Assembly (NCBI RefSeq): GCF_000092105.1
Contig: NC_014148.1
Location: 2,190,001 to 2,222,000 of the forward strand
Direction: 5' to 3'
Origin: Planctopirus limnophila DSM 3776
GTDB lineage: Bacteria > Planctomycetota > Planctomycetia > Planctomycetales > Planctomycetaceae
DNA: 32,000 bases
Below, piece after piece: positions 23,838-32,000 of this stretch. How positions within the stretch are numbered: the stretch's first letter is position 1; every line of letters begins with the position of its first letter. Under the pieces are notes generated by a model. The model saw nothing but the letters and a program-made list of their open reading frames with translations. It was not told the DNA's origin and made no database searches. A program made the translations under genes and the position numbers.

Positions 23838-25742
23838 TTAGAGAGATTCGAGATATCGAAGTAACTGCTGCAGTTCTTCGGGAGAAAGCTTCTCGCCAGC
23901 CACCTTTTCCGGGGCATGATACTTTTCGAGGGCGTCGCGCAGACTGCGAGAACGTCCATCGTGCAGAAATCGTCGTCTGAGATTCAGCCCCAGCAAACTC
24001 GGCGGATTGAATCGGAAGTCACTGTCATTTCGACTTTTCAGCCCGATCTCAAACGTATCCTCATGCACCATTTGCGGCCCCTGGTGGCAGTTATCGCAGG
24101 CGCCTTTCCCAAAGAAGATCGCCTTACCGGCATGCCAGTCGGGATCATCCTGCGGTTGTGACCGCTCCAGAGGATTTCCCTGCCACGATGCAGGACGGAG
24201 TGTTTCAAGGTAGGCCACAAGGGCTTTCTGCTGCTCTTGAGTCGATGACTTTTCACTTTGCATGGTTTCTTCGATAGAACGCTTCATGGCGTTCTCCAGA
24301 TCTCGTTGCCAGCCATGCCATGTCCATGGGCCTGTTTCAGCCACGTGGTACAACGTGGGTGTCAGCTTCGCTGCTCCATAGCCCCGATCATTCTGAGTAT
24401 CGAAGAGTTGTCCAGCGGTGTGACCATCGGGGTGGCAGGAATGACAACTGAACCACTGATGCAGGCTGTGCTTCGCATCATAGAAGATTTCTTCACCCTG
24501 TCGGGCTAAAGACTTCTCATGGGGATTGGTACCGACAGCGATCGACTGCTCAATTTTTCCATGTTCGAGATCAACGATTTCCACGGCTTCTTTGAGACCA
24601 TTGGCGACCGCAATCCGACGATCATCAAGGAACTCGAAATCCAAAGGACGGCCTGCCAGCGAAATCCGGCGGTACCTCGTCTTGTCACCAATCAGTTCTG
24701 GACGCACAAAGTCGCCTGGGTCCCCAGGCATCCAAGGCAATTCTTTGCGTTTGACCAGAATGATCTCATGCGAGCCGCTGGCAGTGATGACGATCCATTC
24801 ACCGTTAGGCGAAACGCGCGTCGCGTAAGCATCGCCCACACCTTTTTGAAATTCATCGAGACCAAGTTGTTCCTGCTCGCCCAGTTCTCCTTGTGGAATC
24901 GGCATCCTCACCAGACGGTTATCAATCACCCAACCCCGTTCAATATTGCTGAAGTTGACCGGAAACCCTCGATTGATGGCACAACTGACGAGGAGTGAGC
25001 CTGTTTCAGGTTCAAACGCCATCGGGCCCAGATTGAAACCATCTGTGTAAACTTTGTGCTCACCGGCGACTTTGAGTGTGGCGAGATCGAAGACTGTCAC
25101 TCGGGCCGGCACCTGTGCAGCCACTGCGAGCCACTTTCGGTCGGGAGAGATAACAACTTGCTGTGGCAGACCCCCGGCTGGCAAACGCCGCAACACCTCG
25201 AATGAATCCAGATCAACAACAGCGACATCATCGCTCCCCGAAACAGCCACATAAGCCAAAGGGGGACGAGATTCACTGTCAATGGCCAGCCCACAAGGTT
25301 CCAACCCGACGGGGAGTTGACGAAGGAATTCAAGCTTTCCACCGACGACACCCATCTCGACGAGTTGGCCTCTCCCTCGCAAAGTCGCATAGGCCTTATG
25401 ATCGTTCAGCCACTGAACATCCCACGGGACGCCTGCCAGAGAGATCTCAGAGAGTTTCTCACCGCTTGAGAAATCCACCAGAGCCACAGAGCCCCCGGTA
25501 TTGGCGACAAGTCCCAGCTTCTTACCCGCCGACAAGGCCAGACTGCGGGGATTGCGATAGCCACCTTCGAGATCAGCGGTTGAAGTCCTGGTCTCCGGGC
25601 GAGACGGACCAGCAGATGTCAGGTTCTCCTCGGCGGCCTGGGCAACCGAGTCGCAGAATGAAGAGGAGGTGCAGAACCAGAACGCCATCGTTAACAGCAA
25701 ACCAACCGCCACGCCTGCACTGCTATAAATCATCCATCGCAT
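23838..25742 (-). CDS. Beta-propeller (YVTN-like repeats) fused to a di-haem cytochrome c peroxidase (CCP/MauG family) domain, 634 aa
   Basis: There are two CxxCH haem motifs: CHSCH (nt 24432-24446) and CDNCH (nt 24084-24098). CCP blocks are LTPTLYHVAETGPWTWHGW and FNPPSLLGLNLRRRFLHDGRSRSLRDAL. The N-terminal half has repeated V..D......(V/L)..(I/L)..G strands. The ATG at 25742 (MRWMIYSSAGVAVGLLLTMAFWF) gives a signal anchor. The longest ORF reaches 25925. Confidence 0.88.
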   Translation of the reverse strand: MRWMIYSSAGVAVGLLLTMAFWFCTSSSFCDSVAQAAEENLTSAGPSRPETRTSTADLEGGYRNPRSLALSAGKKLGLVANTGGSVALVDFSSGEKLSEISLAGVPWDVQWLNDHKAYATLRGRGQLVEMGVVGGKLEFLRQLPVGLEPCGLAIDSESRPPLAYVAVSGSDDVAVVDLDSFEVLRRLPAGGLPQQVVISPDRKWLAVAAQVPARVTVFDLATLKVAGEHKVYTDGFNLGPMAFEPETGSLLVSCAINRGFPVNFSNIERGWVIDNRLVRMPIPQGELGEQEQLGLDEFQKGVGDAYATRVSPNGEWIVITASGSHEIILVKRKELPWMPGDPGDFVRPELIGDKTRYRRISLAGRPLDFEFLDDRRIAVANGLKEAVEIVDLEHGKIEQSIAVGTNPHEKSLARQGEEIFYDAKHSLHQWFSCHSCHPDGHTAGQLFDTQNDRGYGAAKLTPTLYHVAETGPWTWHGWQRDLENAMKRSIEETMQSEKSSTQEQQKALVAYLETLRPASWQGNPLERSQPQDDPDWHAGKAIFFGKGACDNCHQGPQMVHEDTFEIGLKSRNDSDFRFNPPSLLGLNLRRRFLHDGRSRSLRDALEKYHAPEKVAGEKLSPEELQQLLRYLESL

Positions 25743-26078
25743 GGAATACGCTTTCCGTAAAGTCAGGCTGAGTCGGGCCAGACAAAGGCTGCCGATTGAC
25801 AAGATTTTCTCGGCTAATAAATCAATATTACCAGTACAACAGAATCTTAGATGGATCAATGTGATTGATGACCTGGTTTTCTGAAAAACCGGGATTTCAT
25901 CAGGATCGAGTAACCTCTCAGCCAAAACATGCGAAATTGCGAAATCCAGTATTCAACGCGGAATATGAAGTGAAAATCGAAGCCAAGTGACAGGATATGA
26001 ATCATGTCCCAAAGCTCATCGGAATGAAGTACGATCAGACCCTGGGGCGATTTTGATTTCAGGCTTTGGAGCAGCTTT

Positions 26079-27278
26079 GTGACAACTTCATCTGCCAACC
26101 CAACTCGATTGGTCTCCATTGATGCCTATCGAGGCCTGGTCATGATTCTGCTGGCCTTTAACGGGTTTGGCATTCTGGAGGCCAGTCGAAACTTTCCCGC
26201 GTCGGAAGGCTGGCAGACCGCGGGCTGGATGTTTGAACATGTCGCCTGGCGAGGATGCTCCCTCTGGGACATGGTTCAACCGTCGTTCATGTTTCTCGTC
26301 GGTGTTTCGATCCCTTGGTCATTGGCTGCTCAGAAATCAAAAAACGTCTCGACAGGGCAGGGCTGGGTGCGCGCTGTCTGGCGATCTGTCCTGCTGGTCG
26401 TATTGGGCATTTTCCTGATCTCAAACAACAAGCCTTCCACTGATTTTTCGTTTGTGAACGTCCTGACCCAGATTGGCCTGGGATACCTCGTGGTCTATGC
26501 CGTCGCCCAGTCTTCTCGACCTCTGGCTCCTTTCATGGCGGCAGCGATCCTGGCGGCCTATTGGCTGCTTTTTGCACTCTGGCCTGTTGTTAGTCAGGGG
26601 CCTATTGGAAGTCAGGAGTTAGCGGCACAACTCAACCTCCCCATCGACCGTCAGCAACTGGCAGGTTTTGGTGCCCACTGGAATCAGCATTTGAATCCTG
26701 CGGCCAGCTTCGATCGCTGGTTTCTCAATCTGTTCCCGCGGGAAACACCCTTCGTCTTCAATCGTGGCGGATACCAGACACTCAACTTTATTCCCTCCAT
26801 CGCGACGATGTTACTTGGCCTGGCGGCTGGTCAGACCATTCGCGAAGTCCCAGGTGCTTTCCCCGCAGCCATTCGGCTCGTCCTGGGTGGAGTCGTGATT
26901 GCCTTACTTGGCTGGCTGCTGGATATCACGGGTGTCTGCCCACTCGTTAAACGCATCTGGACACCTTCCTGGACACTCTGGAGCGGCGGGTTATGCCTGT
27001 CGATTCTCGGGCTCTTTCACTTTCTGACAGAAGCCCTTCAAAAGCAGATTCTCGCCTGGCCACTCACCATTGCCGGGATGAACTCCATCGTGCTCTACGT
27101 CTGCTACATGTTGCTCCGACCATGGACGGCAGCCTCGTGGGAACGCCATTTCGGACCAAACATTTTCCTGATGGCTGGCCCGGCTCTGGCTCCCATCCTA
27201 CAGGCCTGTTTCGTGGGTTTTTCGTTCTGGCTGTTTGTCTGGTGGTTGCAGAGACAAAAAGTCTTTATCCGTCTCTGA
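26079..27278 (+). CDS. Polytopic membrane protein, DUF5009/DUF1624 (heparan-alpha-glucosaminide N-acetyltransferase-like) family, 399 aa
   Basis: N-terminal RLVSIDAYRGLVMILLAFNG matches the R(L/I)xS(L/I)DxxRG motif of this family. About 10 hydrophobic segments follow. The start is GTG. The functional call is moderate-confidence only. Confidence 0.8.
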   Translation: MTTSSANPTRLVSIDAYRGLVMILLAFNGFGILEASRNFPASEGWQTAGWMFEHVAWRGCSLWDMVQPSFMFLVGVSIPWSLAAQKSKNVSTGQGWVRAVWRSVLLVVLGIFLISNNKPSTDFSFVNVLTQIGLGYLVVYAVAQSSRPLAPFMAAAILAAYWLLFALWPVVSQGPIGSQELAAQLNLPIDRQQLAGFGAHWNQHLNPAASFDRWFLNLFPRETPFVFNRGGYQTLNFIPSIATMLLGLAAGQTIREVPGAFPAAIRLVLGGVVIALLGWLLDITGVCPLVKRIWTPSWTLWSGGLCLSILGLFHFLTEALQKQILAWPLTIAGMNSIVLYVCYMLLRPWTAASWERHFGPNIFLMAGPALAPILQACFVGFSFWLFVWWLQRQKVFIRL

Positions 27279-27319
27279 AATTGCCTCGGTTTCAAGTAAA
27301 CTTTGTTTGAGCTTGAAGA

Positions 27320-28675
27320 ATGTTTTCTTCGAAAGTGGGAACTCCCATTTCCCACAGTTCTGGACCTCAGATACTGCACCCTCGCCCCGTGCATCAACCA
27401 TCAACCATCAAAAGAGCAACCAACGTGACACCTAATACGCACCACATTTCGCGAAGACCTCTCCTCTCTCGACTGACATGGGCACTTCTCGTTTCCAGTT
27501 TTGCCATTTCACAGATTTCATTGGTTCACTTTCTGCACGCTGAAGAGCCCGCGAAAAAGCCGGCTCCCATTCTGCTGTTTGATGGTCAAACTCTTGATGG
27601 TTGGAAAAAAGTTGGGGGAGACGCCACCTATTCAATCGAGAATGGTGAGATCGTGGGCCGCGTGGGCCCAGGGCCCAACACCTTTCTGCGAACGCAGGCC
27701 ACCTATGGCGATTTCGAACTGAAATATGATGTCAAACTCGATACTCCGGGCAATAGCGGAGTTCAGTTTCGCAGCCACCAGAAAGATGGTACGGGCCGGA
27801 CATTCGGCTACCAATGCGAAATTGATCCCTCACCTCGCCAGTGGACGGGTGGCATTTATGACGAATCCCGTCGCGGGTGGATCTATTCTCTCGACAAGGA
27901 CGAGCAGGCCCGTAAGGCTTTCAAGATTGATGACTGGAACACGTTTGTCATTACAGCCAGAGGCCCGCACATAACCACTAGTGTGAATGGAGTACGCTGT
28001 GCTGATTTGATCGATACAGCCGATCTGGAAGGGTTTATCGCACTCCAGGTTCACTCAGGAAAAGCAGGGCAGATTCGCTGGCGGAACATTCAGTTAACAC
28101 CACTGGGACAATCTGCCTGGAAGCCACTGTGGAATCAGAAGGATCTGGCTGGCTTTCGTGCGATTGGCGGTGGCGAATGGAAAGTTGCTGATGGTGAACT
28201 GGTAGGCACATCCAGCAAGGAGGAGTCTCGTCATGGTTTGTTGATCACAGAAGATGCCTTCCGGGATTTTGCAGTGCGTGTCGAGTTCAAAGCCATCACT
28301 GGAAACAGTGGACTTTACTTCCGCTGTGTCGAGGCAGATCCGTACGGTGTCGCAGGCTTTCAGGCCGAGATCGATCCCACGAAAGATGTGGGCGGATTGT
28401 ACGAAACCAATGGGAGAGCCTGGATTTTCCAGCCGAGTGCCGAACAGTTAAAGAAAGCCTTCAAGCCTGGCGAGTGGAATGAAATGACTGTGGTTGCTCT
28501 GGGTGAGCGAATTGTCATTCACCTCAATGGGATCAAGACCGTCGATTTTATCGACAAAGGGGGTAGGGCCGCGGGGAAAATCGCTCTGCAACTCCACGGC
28601 GGCGATGATATGGATGTCCGCTTCCGCAAGGTAGAAATCATGCGGTTAGACGACATTGCCTGCTGCACGGAATAA
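27320..28675 (+). CDS. Exported protein with two tandem DUF1080 (3-keto-disaccharide hydrolase-like, concanavalin-type) domains, 451 aa
   Basis: Domain 1 has LFDGQTLDGWKKVGGDATYSIENGEIVG...GNSGVQFRS...IALQVHSGKAGQIRWRNIQL. Domain 2 has LWNQKDLAGFRAIGGGEWKVADGELVG...GNSGLYFRC...IALQLHGGDDMDVRFRKVEI. The signal region includes SRRPLLSRLTWALLVSSFAI. An in-frame GTG at 27425 is an alternative start. Confidence 0.88.
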   Translation: MFSSKVGTPISHSSGPQILHPRPVHQPSTIKRATNVTPNTHHISRRPLLSRLTWALLVSSFAISQISLVHFLHAEEPAKKPAPILLFDGQTLDGWKKVGGDATYSIENGEIVGRVGPGPNTFLRTQATYGDFELKYDVKLDTPGNSGVQFRSHQKDGTGRTFGYQCEIDPSPRQWTGGIYDESRRGWIYSLDKDEQARKAFKIDDWNTFVITARGPHITTSVNGVRCADLIDTADLEGFIALQVHSGKAGQIRWRNIQLTPLGQSAWKPLWNQKDLAGFRAIGGGEWKVADGELVGTSSKEESRHGLLITEDAFRDFAVRVEFKAITGNSGLYFRCVEADPYGVAGFQAEIDPTKDVGGLYETNGRAWIFQPSAEQLKKAFKPGEWNEMTVVALGERIVIHLNGIKTVDFIDKGGRAAGKIALQLHGGDDMDVRFRKVEIMRLDDIACCTE

Positions 28676-28708
28676 CCTCTACTCGCCTGCTGATCTGTGA
28701 CTTCGCGA

Positions 28709-30094
28709 TTATTTGCCAATGCAAAATCGACTGAAAATGCGGTCGAGAAGATCTTCCGTTTGTGTGGCACCGGTCATCAGGCCCAGAGCATTGATGACCT
28801 GCCGGAGATCTGCTGCGAGCAGTTCGTCGGCAGTTCCACTTCGCGCGGCCTGGAGTGCAGAATCGAGTGCCCTGAATGCTGAACCAAGGACTTCATGGCA
28901 GCGTGCCGCTGTGGTTCCCAGCCAGAATTGCGACAAGGAATGATCGCTCGTCAACAGTTTGCGGAGCAGACCTGCCAATTGATCCAGTCCAGTCCCATTC
29001 ACGGCAGATAACGAAACCAGAGAATCTTTAGGTAGATAATGTTTCTCGGGTTCATAAAGATCAAACTTGGTGGTAATGCGGATGGCCTTGGATGTTTTTG
29101 AGGCGGCCAGATCGAAAAACTCTTGATCCTCGGCCGCTTCGGCTAGTGATAAATTGGCAGGCGAACACCAGAGGAGAAAATCACTGGAGGCCATCTGCTC
29201 TTCGCGTTGCCTTTGCGAGGCCTCAGCAATCGGATTGAGGCTCTCTTCCCAACCTGCTGTGTCAATCAAATCAAACGACAAACCTTCCCAAGCGATTGAC
29301 CAGAGGAGGTAATCTCTGGTTGTCCCTGCAATGGGTGAAACAAGGGCGGCATCGGCGTTAGAGAGTCGATTTAGCAGCGTACTTTTCCCGGCATTCGGAC
29401 GACCAGCCAGAACCACGCGCTTGCGGGAATTCGACGTCAATCGCGATGGTGAGCGTCCTTCAATTGATTTCAATTGAGCGAATGCTGTCTGCAATCGCTG
29501 GATGACCTGGGAACGAGGGACAAATTCGATATCTTCATCGACAAAATCGAGGCCCGCTTCGATATCAGCGAGCAGATTCAGCAGGTCGTTGCGCAGATCA
29601 ATCAACGGTTGTGAAACCCCGCCACTGAGCTGATTGAGCGCCACACGCAAATCTTCCTCATGACGAGCTTCAATCACTCCAAGAACGGCTTCGGCTTGAA
29701 TCAGATCGACTTTGCCATTCAGAAAAGCCCGTAAAGTAAACTCGCCTGGCTGAGCACCACGGGCACCGTGCCGAAAACATTCAGCTAACGTCGCTTCAAG
29801 TAAGGGCTGACAACCCGCAAGTGTGATTTCGGCTTGAGGCTGACCGCAATAACTGCGGTGATCTGGCCAGAGCGTTAAGCGAGCTGGAATATGAAAACGA
29901 TCTCCGGGAATCCAGATCGATCCATGAACACAGATGGCCTTCCTGGCAGCTTTCCATGTCCCAGTGGAGGCTTCAAACAATCCACTGACAACGGTGACAG
30001 TTTGTGGGCCGGCGAGGCGAATCGTCCCGGCGCCGGCAGCCCCCGGAGCGGTCGCAATCGCCGCAATTGTGTCGCTCAGGTTCAAGTCGAGCAT
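28709..30094 (-). CDS. mnmE: tRNA uridine-5-carboxymethylaminomethyl modification GTPase MnmE/TrmE (461 aa)
   Basis: It has the N-terminal DTIAAIATAPG motif, G1 GRPNAGKSTLLNRL, G3 DTAGWEE and the family-defining C-terminal FCIGK. It lies downstream of yidC, a conserved arrangement. Confidence 0.95.
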   Translation of the reverse strand: MLDLNLSDTIAAIATAPGAAGAGTIRLAGPQTVTVVSGLFEASTGTWKAARKAICVHGSIWIPGDRFHIPARLTLWPDHRSYCGQPQAEITLAGCQPLLEATLAECFRHGARGAQPGEFTLRAFLNGKVDLIQAEAVLGVIEARHEEDLRVALNQLSGGVSQPLIDLRNDLLNLLADIEAGLDFVDEDIEFVPRSQVIQRLQTAFAQLKSIEGRSPSRLTSNSRKRVVLAGRPNAGKSTLLNRLSNADAALVSPIAGTTRDYLLWSIAWEGLSFDLIDTAGWEESLNPIAEASQRQREEQMASSDFLLWCSPANLSLAEAAEDQEFFDLAASKTSKAIRITTKFDLYEPEKHYLPKDSLVSLSAVNGTGLDQLAGLLRKLLTSDHSLSQFWLGTTAARCHEVLGSAFRALDSALQAARSGTADELLAADLRQVINALGLMTGATQTEDLLDRIFSRFCIGK

Positions 30095-30241
30095 TCAGGA
30101 AACTACTTTCCGAAAAGCCGCTGTACCACGTTTCGATCTGACAATCACTTCATCGAGACAAAGCCCAACTCAGTCTTTGTTTGCCGGGGCAAATTCGCTG
30201 CCAGCGTCTGAAGACAGTTATTTCGACAGAAACGTGATCGG

Positions 30242-32000
30242 CTATCGGCCTTTACCGTTTTGACCATTCTTCGATGAAGAATTCGCTCCTGCCGATGGCA
30301 TTTGACGGGCCTGTTCGGCCTGACGATCGGCTGCTTCCAAAGCCTGCTGCCAGAATTTGGCGACAGCCGATGGCTTCTTTTCTTTCACTTCGACCGGTTT
30401 GGCTGGATACCATTCGTTCATGCGATCGAAGAACCAGCGTTCGGCCATGCCCCACAGACTGGAAGTGATAAAGTAAATGCACAGCCCCGCCGGCACACGA
30501 TAGAACATCACTCCCATCATGACCATCATGATATTCATCATGCGGTACTGCATCGCCTGCTCTTCATCAGCAGGTGGCGGCATCAAGATCTTCTGTTGAG
30601 CGACAAACAGGATGATCGTCAAAATGGGCAGTAGATTGAATTCTGTCCATCCGAGAAACGGGACACGAAAAGGAAGCTCGAAGAGAGCATCGGGTGCCGC
30701 GAGGTTGTCGATCCACAGGAATGAGGCACGCCGCAAATCGACGGAGACACTCAATGCCCGATAAAGGGCAAAGAAAATAGGCATTTGCAGTAACACTGGC
30801 CAGCAACCAGCCAGGGGGTTGAAGCCATGCTTGCTGTAAAGTTCCAGCTGTGCACGGCGAAGCCCGTCGGCATCACCGGCGAACTTCTTTTGCAGTTCCT
30901 TGAGCTTGGGCTGCATCTCCTTCATCCGCTGTGCGCTTTGTGCCTGCTTGCGAGTCAGAGGCATGAGGCAGGTTCGCACAATGATCGTCAACAGGATGAT
31001 GGCAATCCCGTAATTAATGCCAAGGGCGTGCAGGCCATTGAGCAGTGCCAGCATCGGGATCACCAGCAGGCGAACCAATGGCTCGAGGAAAAAGAAGGGA
31101 TTCCAGCCGATGTGATACTCCGTGACATCAGCAGCTCCCACGGCAGCCATCAGATGGGCACGCTTCGGGCCGGCATAAAGCTGGAAATGATGCGTCGCTT
31201 CCGCGTTCGGGCCAGTGCCTTGAGGAGCCAGTTGAATCGGCACTGAAGTCAATTCGATTGACACATCACTGAAGTGCTTCTCCTGGGCAGGATAAGTGAC
31301 CTGAGATTGAACACTTTCAATCGTACGTTCCTTGATCTGGTTCTCAACAGGATGCACCAGAGAAGCGAAATAAGTGGCATCCACCCCGACATACTCAATC
31401 GGACGAGTCCAGACAGAAGGCTTACCTGAGGATTCCGCGTCCAGCACTTCTGTAGCCGATTGATGCGATGACTCGACAGATTCTCCATCCGGAAGAACAA
31501 ACCCAACGCGAACATCACGATACTTAGTGACGTTTTCCGGATTTTCCAGAGGGACACCGACAGGCCCCTGCATGGTGTATCTGACTTCGCGAGGATTCTC
31601 CGTGAGATTTCTGACGGTCAGGCTGTAATCGAGCAGATAACCCTGCCCCAGATTATCGCGTTCGGTTTTTGTAGGCTCCTTGCCAGCCAACCCCGGGACT
31701 TTGGGCAATCGATAAGCCTTCTCAAGCTGAATCGAACCATCGGGCGATGTGAATCGAAAAGTCACACCTTCAGGGCTTTCGCTACCAGGGACAACTTCCC
31801 AATCAATTTTCGCCAGACTCAAGCCCAATGCAGCCAACTGGCGGTCAATCGCCTCAATTGTCACATCTGTGGTTTTCAATTTGAGCAGTGGATCATCTCC
31901 GACCACCTTGACGGGCTTGCTGCTGTCATCGAGAGATCGATAACGCGGATCATTCAGCTCGATGGTTTCAATGGAACCACCTCGACTGTTCAGCTTCACG
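30242..32000 (-). CDS. yidC: Membrane protein insertase YidC (partial; N-terminus lies beyond the right edge of the window)
   Basis: It contains YGIAIILLTIIVRTCLMPLTRKQAQSAQRMKEMQPKLKELQKKF, GFNPLAGCWPVLLQMPIFFALY, a large periplasmic P1-type region and a basic C-terminal tail. The ORF is open to the window end. Confidence 0.93.
   Translation of the reverse strand, partial: VKLNSRGGSIETIELNDPRYRSLDDSSKPVKVVGDDPLLKLKTTDVTIEAIDRQLAALGLSLAKIDWEVVPGSESPEGVTFRFTSPDGSIQLEKAYRLPKVPGLAGKEPTKTERDNLGQGYLLDYSLTVRNLTENPREVRYTMQGPVGVPLENPENVTKYRDVRVGFVLPDGESVESSHQSATEVLDAESSGKPSVWTRPIEYVGVDATYFASLVHPVENQIKERTIESVQSQVTYPAQEKHFSDVSIELTSVPIQLAPQGTGPNAEATHHFQLYAGPKRAHLMAAVGAADVTEYHIGWNPFFFLEPLVRLLVIPMLALLNGLHALGINYGIAIILLTIIVRTCLMPLTRKQAQSAQRMKEMQPKLKELQKKFAGDADGLRRAQLELYSKHGFNPLAGCWPVLLQMPIFFALYRALSVSVDLRRASFLWIDNLAAPDALFELPFRVPFLGWTEFNLLPILTIILFVAQQKILMPPPADEEQAMQYRMMNIMMVMMGVMFYRVPAGLCIYFITSSLWGMAERWFFDRMNEWYPAKPVEVKEKKPSAVAKFWQQALEAADRQAEQARQMPSAGANSSSKNGQNGKGR

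Noticed and set aside
1-32000. Scan for tRNA/rRNA genes, CRISPR repeats, IS elements, integrases, toxin-antitoxin pairs and prophage genes
   Set aside because: Intergenic regions show no T-loop-like GGTTCGAATCC-type sequences. There is no regularly spaced direct-repeat array. No ORF has transposase, integrase or recombinase motifs. This was an eye scan only. tRNAscan-SE, Infernal and ISfinder searches would be needed to be definitive.

Overview
This window reads as ordinary bacterial chromosome, and I recognise no rRNA, tRNA, CRISPR array, transposase or integrase by eye. The gene content suggests a Planctomycetota-type genome. The pointers are tandem DUF1080 domains, a beta-propeller/cytochrome-c-peroxidase fusion, zinc-ribbon-tagged membrane proteins, giant exported proteins and a scattered fliD-fliS pair. 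This taxonomic call is inference only.

I support 21 CDS:
- Plus strand, left end: MoxR ATPase, DUF58/vWA and glgC.
- Minus strand: fliS and fliD.
- Plus strand: an orphan ketosynthase-like gene.
- Minus strand: a Tat-exported PhoD.
- Plus strand: a tightly coupled six-gene block, followed by aroC, a yjbQ-family gene and a Dabb-domain gene.
- Minus strand: a beta-propeller plus di-haem CCP fusion.
- Plus strand: an HGSNAT/DUF5009-like membrane protein and a double-DUF1080 protein.
- Minus strand: mnmE and yidC (5' end runs off the window).

The six-gene block runs exbB, exbD, zinc-ribbon-exbD, an FHA-TM-beta-propeller giant, an 868-aa exported protein and a 542-aa anchored coiled-coil protein.

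The best candidate for an undescribed system is this translationally coupled block at 11722-21482. It has an ExbB/2xExbD proton-motive-force (PMF) motor with no recognisable TonB. Instead it is welded to three large envelope proteins of unknown function and to two cytoplasmic adaptor modules, a zinc ribbon and a degenerate FHA.

Secondary curiosities are a ketosynthase-like protein with Glu in place of the catalytic Cys, and a roughly double-length FliD built from 4-5 internal repeats of about 100 aa.
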